Origin: a virus
Lineage: Duplodnaviria > Caudoviricetes
IMG/VR virus record: IMGVR_UViG_3300020156_000033
Coordinates: 1 to 56,850 of that record
Strand: one strand, 5' to 3'
DNA length: 56,850 nucleotides
Shown: positions 25,291 through 34,300 of the stretch, one piece after another
How positions within the stretch are numbered: position 1 is the first letter of the stretch
Layout of the letters: each line of letters opens with the position of its first letter
Notes under the pieces: generated by a model
Seen by the model: only the letters and a program-made list of their open reading frames with translations
What the model was told of the DNA's origin: nothing
Database searches by the model: none
Made by a program: the position numbers and the translations under genes

Positions 25291-25762
25291 CGCAGACCTC
25301 GTCGGGCAGCGGCGGGTAGTTCTCCCGCTCCTCGTCGCTCTGCTCCCGCGCCTCCAGGTAGTCCCGGAGGATGTCGCGGTTGTCCTCGGCGGGGTCGGCT
25401 TCGACCAGCCGGGTGATCGTCTCGTCCAAGTTCTCCCTGTCCTGCGTCGTCAGCTCGGTGTTGTGCTTCAGCGTATCGAGGAACTGGCGGTTGATGTCGG
25501 TCTGGCAGTCCGCGCGGGCCGCGTCGTAGGCGGCACGCTGGCGGTCCACGTGGGCGTTGTACACCCCGAGCGCGACGGCGACCAGGGATACGACCAGTAT
25601 CCCCGCCGCCAGCGCCGTGCTCGCCGACACCGCGCCCCGGTCACCGCCGCCGTGGAAGCGGTCGGTGCCGGGGTCACCGGCGACCAGGATCATGTACGCG
25701 AGCAGGAACCCGCTGGTGTACCAGACCACGGCGTCCAGCGCGAAGGTCTCAGCCTGTGCCAT
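25283..25762 (-). CDS. Lysis-cassette membrane protein
   Basis: Two hydrophobic segments plus helical tail; may start internally. Confidence 0.65.
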   Translation of the reverse strand: MAQAETFALDAVVWYTSGFLLAYMILVAGDPGTDRFHGGGDRGAVSASTALAAGILVVSLVAVALGVYNAHVDRQRAAYDAARADCQTDINRQFLDTLKHNTELTTQDRENLDETITRLVEADPAEDNRDILRDYLEAREQSDEERENYPPLPDEVCDV

Positions 25763-25967
25763 CGTGCTCCCTCGTCTCTGTTTCCTTGGTCTTCCCCGTG
25801 TGCTCCTGGTACACCAGGAACGCGGTGATCGTTCCGAGGAGACCGAACAGCTCGATGGGCACCGTATCCCCCCTGACGACGTACACCAGGAACGCGGTCA
25901 GCAGGACCCCGAGCACACCCAGCAGAGCGATGACCCGGATGATCTGTACCACCACGCACACCCCCAC
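25749..25967 (-). CDS. Small two-TM protein (holin candidate)
   Basis: Two TM helices, charged C-terminus, upstream of endolysin. Confidence 0.6.
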   Translation of the reverse strand: MGVCVVVQIIRVIALLGVLGVLLTAFLVYVVRGDTVPIELFGLLGTITAFLVYQEHTGKTKETETREHDGTG

Positions 25968-26024
25968 TACGTTGATCCGATATTGCCATCTCGGGAGCTG
26001 GGGCGTGCGTCCCGGGTGAGTAGC

Positions 26025-26174
26025 TTACTGAGGGTTATCGGTACCCGACTCCAAGGCCACAATCTGTGACTGGAAGACGTCGTTCTGTGCTTGTGCCATG
26101 GCCAGTTCGAAATGGAGCTGCGCGATCTGCTCCTTCAGCTTCTCGATGACCTTCTCGGCGGGGATGCCTGCCAT
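26025..26174 (-). CDS. 49-aa coiled-coil protein
   Basis: RBS AAGGAG; MAGIPAEKVIEKLKEQIAQLHFELA. Confidence 0.65.
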   Translation of the reverse strand: MAGIPAEKVIEKLKEQIAQLHFELAMAQAQNDVFQSQIVALESGTDNPQ

Positions 26175-26191
26175 GCCCGTGTCTCCTTGTG

Positions 26192-26449
26192 CTACTGCTC
26201 GGTCGAATTGCTGAAGGTCTCCCGCTGCTCGGTGATCGTGGTCCGGACAAGGTCCTCCACGTTGTAGCCAGCCGAGGCGTAGGCGTCAGCCAGGAAGTTC
26301 AGTGCCGATTCGAGGAGGTCGGGGTCCTGGACACTGGCTGCTATGCGAACCTCCTGACTGGGCTGGCCAGGAGAAGGATTGCTCGGATCGTAAGGCATGT
26401 GAGCACTGAACACGTACTCGTAACGCGTGGTGACCCAATTGTTCATCAA
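26192..26449 (-). CDS. Hypothetical protein
   Basis: RBS AAGGAG; coupled to upstream gene. Confidence 0.65.
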   Translation of the reverse strand: MMNNWVTTRYEYVFSAHMPYDPSNPSPGQPSQEVRIAASVQDPDLLESALNFLADAYASAGYNVEDLVRTTITEQRETFSNSTEQ

Positions 26450-26988
26450 AACTCCTTCGGAAGGGTGAGGTAGGGGCTGATGATGCGGGCGAGGTCCATC
26501 GCATCGGCAAGTTCCATTTTATCGGAGTCTTCCTCGATCATCTGCATCAACTCCTTCCACACGTCGTTGTCCGCGACCTCCATCGCGGCCTCGACAGCAC
26601 CAATCAGCGACGGTTCGGCACTCGCCTCTTCGACGGCGTCCACCAGCTGGTCGAGCACACCCGCCCGGGTGGCCGATCCGCTGCGTTGCGCTGCCGCCCT
26701 GAGCACACCCCCCACCTTCTCGTCCCGCACTTCGTAAGCGTTGCGGTGCATGTCGTTGGGCAGCTCAGGAGGGCAATGGAGCGCCGCCATGAGGACACGA
26801 GTCGCGTCTTCGTAGCTGAGATTCAGCATGCGCGCTCGGCAGACGATGGCTTCCCGCGTGATACCGCAGTGGTGCCCTTCCCCTGTCCGGGGATGGTTGT
26901 AGAAGACGCTGTAACCGTCCTCTGCGTTACGGTCTGCGATGCGGTCCCTGATCACATGGACCAGTTCGATCCTGCCCGTGCCTGTCAT
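26446..26988 (-). CDS. Hypothetical tail-associated protein
   Basis: RBS GGAGGAG, ATGA coupling at 26988. Confidence 0.7.
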   Translation of the reverse strand: MTGTGRIELVHVIRDRIADRNAEDGYSVFYNHPRTGEGHHCGITREAIVCRARMLNLSYEDATRVLMAALHCPPELPNDMHRNAYEVRDEKVGGVLRAAAQRSGSATRAGVLDQLVDAVEEASAEPSLIGAVEAAMEVADNDVWKELMQMIEEDSDKMELADAMDLARIISPYLTLPKEF

Positions 26989-29900
26989 CCTGCTCCTCCT
27001 TGGAACGCCATGTAGAAGATCCCGGAAACGCTGGCGTTGCACGCCCAGGCGAACGAATTCGAACCGATCTCCGACACGTAGAAAGACCGTGTCGCGGCGG
27101 CCAAGGGCGTGATCACCGGCCGTGCTTCCCCGCTACGCGGCGGTACTGGCCACGGGACGGTCCCCGCAGAACTCCCAGCCGACGTACGGTACCCGGCCCG
27201 GATCAGGTCGTCCGTGTCGTGCGCACCTGTGAACTCCCCCCAGATGTTCATGATCCGGAGGTTGGATTCGATGCCCGTCTTGTAGTCCCCGTACTCCGTG
27301 GCCAGCTTGACGCCGCCCATCCCCTGCTGGAGCACCAATGCGGCGCGACCCGAATTGTTGATGGTGGTCTCCGCCGACAGGGCAACCAGGGCGCCCGCAC
27401 CGTAGGACCCGCCTGCGCTTGAGGACTCGCCGAAGATGCAGGGTTGGAGTTCTCGGCTAGTGAGGCCCGTGTGGAACTGGACGCCTGCACGGCCGGGGTA
27501 GACGGCGTTGCTCAGGATGGCCCGCTGACCGGCGATGCCCGACTGGAACTGGCCGGTGGCCGTCATGTCCCCCGACGCAGCCGAGTAGGACAACGTCACC
27601 TGGCCGCTGCTGCTGTAGCCGGTCATGCCGGTACTGGTGATCTTCAGCCCCCGGCTCGCGGTGGCCGTGGTCTGGATCGTGGCACCGGTGATCGTGTGCT
27701 TCGACGTGATGGCGTCGGCGTCGAGCTGCGTGGTCTTGATCGCGTCGGCGGCGATGGCGCCTGCGGTGACCGAGCCGACCATGAGGTTGTCGGCGGTGAT
27801 CGCGTTGGCGGCGATCTTGCCGGTGGTGATCGCGCCGTTCTGGATCAGGGTCGATCCGAACCCGAACATCGGCAGCTCGAAGTCGTAGACCCCGAACTCC
27901 GCCCCCTGCTCCATACCCGGGTTGGCGGCCAAGTTCAGCTGAATCCACATGAGGGGGAGGATGTGGGTGACGGGGTTGTCCGGGTCGCTGGCGTTGAGGG
28001 TGTCGATGTCCAGGACGTAGGTGTAGGTGGACACGTCGCTGGCCGAGGCCCCGGGGCCCGGGTAGGCGGTGAGCGGCGCGTTGAGGGTGTACCGCGTGTC
28101 ATCGGCGCGGCGGTAGTACCAGACCACGTACAGGTCGATGGACGACGCCGCGCTGTAATTGGCCCGGTACACCTGGCAGCGGTAGGTGACCTCGGTCAGG
28201 TCCTCGACGGCGTAGAAGTTCTCGGGCGCGCTGTTGCGCAGGTCGTTGAGGGAGACCGGGGTGGCGTCGGCACCGGTCTGCAACGGCATGATCCAGGCCA
28301 GGGTGCCCGAGGCGGGCTGCGTGCCCGTCAATTCCACCTGGTAGCCCTTGCGCCCGACGGGGAAGGTGTAGCCGTAGGTGGCCGTCCACCCGCTGCTGGT
28401 CCCCGTGGAGGCGATGACTTCCCGGACGTCGTTGACGGCCGGATCGGTGAGGCCGGGGTCCACGATGGCGTTCTCGAAGCCGCCGATGGCCAGCTTCTCG
28501 GCCGTGACCGCGCGGGCGTTCAGCTTGTCGGCGATGACCGCGCCGGTGGCGATCTTCGAGGAGGAGATCGCGCCGTCCTGGAGCACACGGTCGCGGACCG
28601 CGTTGTCGGCCAGCAGTTCGTAGCCGATGGACCCGGGGGTCAGGATCTCGCTGGGGTTCAGCGGCTCGGGCGTGGCCGAGGCGATCCCCGAGGGGCCGGA
28701 CTCGTTGCCGCTGTTGTCCACGGCCGTCAGGCGGAAGTCGCGGGCCTCGCCGTAAGGCTGGCCGGGCACGACGAGCGTGCCCGCCCGGTACAGCGTGCCG
28801 ATCATCGCCCAGTCGTTCGTCCCGCCCGGCGCCATGTAGACGTTGACGTGGTCGAAGTCGGCCACCATCCCCGCGCCGTTGAAGGCCAGGCCGTCCCAGA
28901 CCACGCTGATCACGCCGAGGCGGACGCTGGTGGTGGGGTCGCTGGGCTCGGGCGGCGGCGTGGTGTCGGGCAGCGTCAGGATCGTCTCGACCTCGGACGG
29001 CCCGGAGTAGATGTCGTTGTGCCCGATGGCCCGCACACGGACGGCGTAGCTGGTGTTGATGTCCAGCGGGCCCATGGTCGCGGTGTTGTCGGGGTCGGTG
29101 GTGCGGGTCACCTCCTGCCACGGCAGCCCGAACTCGTTGCGCCGCAGTTCCACCGCGTACCGGTCGATCTGCATGTCCCCGCCGGTGGTGGCGGTGTCAA
29201 CCAGGTCCCAGGCCGCGCTGACCTGCGCCTGCGGACGACCGGCCCCGTCGATGTAGGTCGTGGTGCCCAGCACCAGGTTCTCCGGCGCGGACGGGGTGCG
29301 CCCGTCCTCGCCTTCGGGCACGGGCCGACCGCCGGAACCGCCCGGCATCCCGATGCCGCCGGTGATCCCCGCGAGCTTGCGCTGCTGCATGATGTCGCGT
29401 TCGAGGAACCGGTCGTTGAGGACCAGGTTCCCGCCGAGGCGGTTGCCCGTGTCGGCCGTGAGCGTGACCTGGCGGATGCGCAGCTTCTCCTGCACGCCCT
29501 CGCTGTTGGGCGCGAGGATGTGGTCGCCGGGCCGGTAGTCCAGGTACGGCAGCTTGTGCGCCGAGGGGAACCGGATCTCCCGGGTCATCTGGACCCGCTT
29601 GTCGGCGGTCTTGTCCAGCGAGGACTGCGCGAGCACCTGCATGGTGGCCACGTCGCTGACGCCGCTCTGCGTCAGGTAGTCCTCCCAGATGCCCCACGGC
29701 GTCAGCGCGCCGGAGTTGGGCATGTCCAGGTAGATGCCGTTGTCGCCCTGCACGAGCACACGACCGGCCAGGGCCTCGTAGCTCGCGTCGTCGGGGGCGG
29801 CCACCAGATCGCGCCCGTAGAACAGGCTGACGGCGTCCGGACCGGTGGACTTGTCCAGGTTGAGCGCGCCGTTGGCGTTGTAGACCTGGAGCTGGCGGCC

Positions 29901-30491
29901 CACGATCGTCCAGTCCACCACGCCTTGGTCGGTGAGCTGCATCAGCGTGGTGAACAGGTCCTGGCCCGCGTCGAACCCCATGGTCAGCGACGTCGCCCAG
30001 GCGTCGCCGTTGGAATCGAGGGACGAGGTGAAGCTGTAGTCCAGCTGGGGCACGTTGCCCCGGTCGCGCGCCTCGTTGATGAGGGTCAGCAGCACATTGC
30101 CCGGCGAGGACGCCGAGAAGTTCCGCTTGCCCTGGTCATCGAACAGGGTGTAGCGGATGTTGCGGACCTTCTTCATCACCCAGCCGTAGCTGGGCATGGT
30201 GTAGTTGACCAGCCCTTCGCGGGCGAGGTCGTCGTTGGCCGAGCGCAGCCGCAGGAACCGCATGCCCGCGTATTCGGTGTACTCCTCCTCGCCCTCGCGG
30301 GCCAGCTGGAGGGCGATCTCGACGGGCTGGTTGAGCAGTTCGTGCCGCCGCGCGCGGGGGTGGTAGCCCAGGGTCAGCGAGGAGAGGTCGTTGAGCGGCC
30401 CGGCGAACTGGAGGCTGGAGGGGTCGGGCAGCTCGCCCAGCCGGTCGCCGTCCGGTTCGTAGGCGGTCAGCTTGTACCGCAGACCTGTCAC
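26985..30491 (-). CDS. Minor tail / host-specificity protein with fibronectin type III domains
   Basis: Follows the distal tail gene; YAVRVRAI and LTAVDNSGNES FN3 motifs; AITTGKIAANAITA repeats. Confidence 0.85.
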   Translation of the reverse strand: MTGLRYKLTAYEPDGDRLGELPDPSSLQFAGPLNDLSSLTLGYHPRARRHELLNQPVEIALQLAREGEEEYTEYAGMRFLRLRSANDDLAREGLVNYTMPSYGWVMKKVRNIRYTLFDDQGKRNFSASSPGNVLLTLINEARDRGNVPQLDYSFTSSLDSNGDAWATSLTMGFDAGQDLFTTLMQLTDQGVVDWTIVGRQLQVYNANGALNLDKSTGPDAVSLFYGRDLVAAPDDASYEALAGRVLVQGDNGIYLDMPNSGALTPWGIWEDYLTQSGVSDVATMQVLAQSSLDKTADKRVQMTREIRFPSAHKLPYLDYRPGDHILAPNSEGVQEKLRIRQVTLTADTGNRLGGNLVLNDRFLERDIMQQRKLAGITGGIGMPGGSGGRPVPEGEDGRTPSAPENLVLGTTTYIDGAGRPQAQVSAAWDLVDTATTGGDMQIDRYAVELRRNEFGLPWQEVTRTTDPDNTATMGPLDINTSYAVRVRAIGHNDIYSGPSEVETILTLPDTTPPPEPSDPTTSVRLGVISVVWDGLAFNGAGMVADFDHVNVYMAPGGTNDWAMIGTLYRAGTLVVPGQPYGEARDFRLTAVDNSGNESGPSGIASATPEPLNPSEILTPGSIGYELLADNAVRDRVLQDGAISSSKIATGAVIADKLNARAVTAEKLAIGGFENAIVDPGLTDPAVNDVREVIASTGTSSGWTATYGYTFPVGRKGYQVELTGTQPASGTLAWIMPLQTGADATPVSLNDLRNSAPENFYAVEDLTEVTYRCQVYRANYSAASSIDLYVVWYYRRADDTRYTLNAPLTAYPGPGASASDVSTYTYVLDIDTLNASDPDNPVTHILPLMWIQLNLAANPGMEQGAEFGVYDFELPMFGFGSTLIQNGAITTGKIAANAITADNLMVGSVTAGAIAADAIKTTQLDADAITSKHTITGATIQTTATASRGLKITSTGMTGYSSSGQVTLSYSAASGDMTATGQFQSGIAGQRAILSNAVYPGRAGVQFHTGLTSRELQPCIFGESSSAGGSYGAGALVALSAETTINNSGRAALVLQQGMGGVKLATEYGDYKTGIESNLRIMNIWGEFTGAHDTDDLIRAGYRTSAGSSAGTVPWPVPPRSGEARPVITPLAAATRSFYVSEIGSNSFAWACNASVSGIFYMAFQGGAG

Positions 30492-31321
30492 GTCGTGGTC
30501 CTCCGCCCCCGCACCACTACGACGGCTCCCGTCCCCGTGATGTCCAGGGTCAGCGAGCTGGTACCCCCGCCGCCCAGCTCAGGAAGCGCCGACGGAGCGA
30601 GCATACCGTTTCCTCGAACAGACAGACGATCGATGACGCTGGTCTCCTGCGCGGTCCAGCTGCTGGTGGTGTTGCGCCAGGCGGTGAACTCCCCGCAGTC
30701 GATCAGCAGGTACTCCCCCGAGGGGATGCCGACCCCGCCGAACCACCGGACCCCCGTCCCGCTGACGTCGTCGTCCAGCGTGAAGGAGGTCACCGGCCCC
30801 GTAATGCGGATCTGGAGATCGGTGACCGGGGCGGTGGAGTCCGACACGAAGGGGACCTCGATCCCCGTGCCCTCGGTGATGGTGTGCTCGATGTAGCCCT
30901 CGGCCGTCCACCGCCCCGAGGGGATGTTCATGGTGACCAGGGTCTTGATCATGTGCAGGTGGTCGGTGCAGGTGTAGATCGGGGCGGAGGTGGTGACCAG
31001 CTGCGCCTGCGCCGTCTCGGTGCCGCCCGCCGTGGTGCGCCGCACGGTGACGGGCCGCTGGGCGCCGACGCCCAGGAGGCGCAGCAGGTAGCGGTAGCGC
31101 TGGTCGAGCACACCCGCCGAGGAGGCCGTGATCTTCATGTCCAGGATCAGGGTGGCCGCGCTCATCGGGTCGTCCCACAGGGCCAGCGTGCCGTGCATGC
31201 GGGGGATCTCGACGTTGACGCGGCGCATGCTCAGTCCCGAGGTGTAGCTGGTCGTGCCGACCAGCTGGAACCCCGCCGCCTTGTTGTCCAGGTCGAAGCC
31301 GTCGATCTGGTACTGGAGCAT
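30488..31321 (-). CDS. Distal tail (Dit-like) minor tail protein
   Basis: Directly after tape measure; STAPVTD...ITGP motif. Confidence 0.75.
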   Translation of the reverse strand: MLQYQIDGFDLDNKAAGFQLVGTTSYTSGLSMRRVNVEIPRMHGTLALWDDPMSAATLILDMKITASSAGVLDQRYRYLLRLLGVGAQRPVTVRRTTAGGTETAQAQLVTTSAPIYTCTDHLHMIKTLVTMNIPSGRWTAEGYIEHTITEGTGIEVPFVSDSTAPVTDLQIRITGPVTSFTLDDDVSGTGVRWFGGVGIPSGEYLLIDCGEFTAWRNTTSSWTAQETSVIDRLSVRGNGMLAPSALPELGGGGTSSLTLDITGTGAVVVVRGRRTTT

Positions 31322-34300
31322 CAGCCCAGCTCCCCGAGGTTGGCCGCGTACTGGAGCACGCGGTTGGTGGTGACCGACGTGGGCTCGGCCTGCGGGTGGT
31401 TGTTGGTGATGGTGATGTCGTAGACGATGCGCGGCCCGCCCTCAGGCCCGCGCCGCACGGCGCTGGCCGCGAAGTCGGGGATGCGCGCCTGGAGGCTGGC
31501 GGAGTTCTGGATCTGCTGGGCGTTCTCCCACGCCTGCGCCTGGCCGCTGACCCCAGCGCTGCCGCCGCGCACGTACTGGCCGAGCTGGTCGTTGTTGATG
31601 GCTTCGAGCACACCCGCGTACTTGCGCGCCGAGTGGGCGTTGACCATGAACTCGTCCTTGCTGGCCGCGATCAGGATGTTGTCCTGGCGGGGACCGCCCT
31701 GGCCGCCGATCCAGCCGCCATCGGCGTACCCGGCGACCACGCCCAGGGATTCCCGGAAGTTGCGCCGCAGCCAGCCGAACAGGTCGTCGGCGTTGTCGAA
31801 CAGTGCGTTCCAGAAATTGGACCACTTGCGCCAGAACGAACCCGTCTCGAAATCGGCGGTGGCGTCGATCTCGCGGCCGTCGGCCTCGTCCAGTGCCCGC
31901 TGCTGCTGTTCCAGTGCGAGCTGGCCACGACGAGTGTCGATGTCGGCAGTGGAGACGGGGTTGACATCCTCCAGCGAGTTGATCTCTTCGGCGTAGTCGG
32001 CCACGATCTCTTCGACCGGGCGCTCACCGGCGCGCATCTCCTCCAGGAACCGGTACACCAGCTGCTCGCCCATGTCTCCGGCCGTACCTTCGGCCAGCGG
32101 GATGCCGCCCTGGAGGATATCGACCATGCCCTGCACACCGTCGTCGGTGGTCTGCATGAACAGCCCCGAGAAGGTCTGGAGCTGGGCGTCGGTGCCGTCC
32201 ACCAGCTGCTGCACCAGCGGCGCGGCCTCCGGACCGAGCTTGGCCAGCTCCATGGCCACGCCCGGGGGCAGCCGACCGGCCAGCTCCAGCATGTTGGTGA
32301 CCCAGTTGTGCTGGGCCTCCACGATCTTGGCCAGTTCGACCAGGTACTGGTCCAGGCTGAACGTCGCGTCCTCGGCGAACTGCGCGGTGGAGGCGCTGGC
32401 GGCCTGGTTGTTGGCCTCGGTCGCGGCGCGGGCCTCGTCTTCCAGCACACGCCGCCGCTCCTGCGCGGCCTCGTAACGCTGCTGGGCCGCCGTCTCCCGC
32501 GCCTCCCGGGTCGCCGCCGCCTGGGCCTGGATCTGCTCCAGCCGGGCCGCGCTGCGCTCCTGGATCTGCTCGGACTTCAGCGCGGCGGCCTCCTGGATGG
32601 AAGCCAGCCGCTCCGCGCTCTGCTCCTGGCGCTGCGCACTCAGCTCCTGGGCCTTGGCGCTGTTGGCCTGCGCCTTCTCCAGCGCCTCGGTGAGCTGGAG
32701 CACAGCCTTCGACGCCTGCTCGGCCGCCTTCTGCGATTCGGTGACCGCGTTCTGCGCCTTGCCGTGCTCGGCGGCGGCGGCGGCGGCCTTCTCGCGCGCG
32801 GCGGCCTCGTTGCGGATCGCCGCCTCCAGCGCGCGCTGCCACTGCACCTGGTTCTGCGGGTCGGCGTTGGCCAGCCCCAGCTCGGCGGCCTGCCGCGAGG
32901 CGATGGCGGCTTCGAGCTGCTTGTTGGCGTTCTCCTTGCGCTCGGCCGCGTCCTCCTCGGCGCGTGCGGACTCCTCGGCCAGCTGCTCGGCCTCGCGCTG
33001 GGTCTCCTCAGCGGCGCGCAGCTGCTCCTCGGCCGCCGTCTCGGCGTCGGCCATCTGCTTCTCGTAGTCGCGCATGGCCTTGACCAGCGCGTCGTGCTGC
33101 TTCTCCGCCGCCTTGACGACGGCCTCCTGCTGGGCCTGCGCCTGCTTCACCGTCTGCTCGTGCTGGCGCCGGGCGGCGTCCACGACGGCCTTCTCCTGGG
33201 CCTGCGCCCACTTGCGGACCGCGTCGTACTGCTTCTTGGCCGCCTCGACGGCGCCGTTGTCCAGCTCCCGGCCGCTCGGCGTGCGCTCGCGGCTCGTGCT
33301 CCCGCCGCCGCCCCCTCCGCCGTCGCGACGGCGGTTGGCCGCGTCCTGGGCGTTGCGCCAGGCGTCGGTGGCCGAGCCGAACCCGGTGAGCGCGCCGCGC
33401 AGCGCGTCGGCGTCGGCCTGGGCCTGCTGCATCTGGTCGCCCATGGCGTCGGCGGCGCTCCCGGCGGCGTCCAGTCCACCGGCGGCCCCGGCTCCGGCGG
33501 CCCCGGTGTCGGCCATGCTCGTGCCCAGCAGCTCGTTGGCCCGCTGTGCCCCGGTGACCTGATTGGCCTGGCCGTCGATGGCGCCGCCCAGCGCCTCGAT
33601 CTCCATGGCCAGGTCATTGGCCTCCATACCCGCACTCGTCCCGTAGGGGACGAGCTGCCGCAGCATCTCGCCGAACTGCCGCATCTTCGAGCTGGACTCG
33701 CTGGCGGAGACACCCGCTTCTTCCAGCTGCTGGCGCAGGTTCTCGGTGGCGCCGCCCTCCTCCTCCAGACCTGCGGCGATCGCCTCGTTGAGATCGATCC
33801 CCATGTCACGGAAGGAGTTGTACAGCTCTTCGTCCTCGGTGATCGCCTTGATCTCGTCAGACGCGAGCACAGCCTGGGTGATCCAATCCTGGGTCGCACT
33901 GCCCAGGGCGGCGGCGGAACCGGTGTAGCGGTTGGCCGCCTCCTCCGACGCCTCGCCCGCCACGCGGAAGCCGTCGGCCGCCGCATACAGCCCGCCCTGC
34001 GCGGTGCGGCTGGCGGTGTCCATGTTGCTGGACTCCCCAGCCGCCACCCCCATCGACTGCCCCAGCTCGTTGAGGCGCCCCTGCGCGGCCTGCGCCGCCT
34101 GCTCGGCCTCGCTGAGCCCTCCGGCCGCACCCGAGGAGTTCTCCCCGATGACGCGGATCGCCTCACCGGTGTCGCGCCACGCGGCGGTGTCGGTGGCCAC
34201 GGCCTGGCGCAGTCCTTCGACGCCGCCGCCCGCCTGGGTCAGGGCCTCGGCCGAATCGCTGATCTTCGTGGAGGCGTCGGTCGCCGAGCCGGTCAGCTCG

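Noticed and set aside
32400-33350. Separate gene or repeat element in the Ala/Glu/Gln-rich segment after the poly-Gly run
   Set aside because: In frame within the tape measure protein; ordinary coiled-coil low complexity
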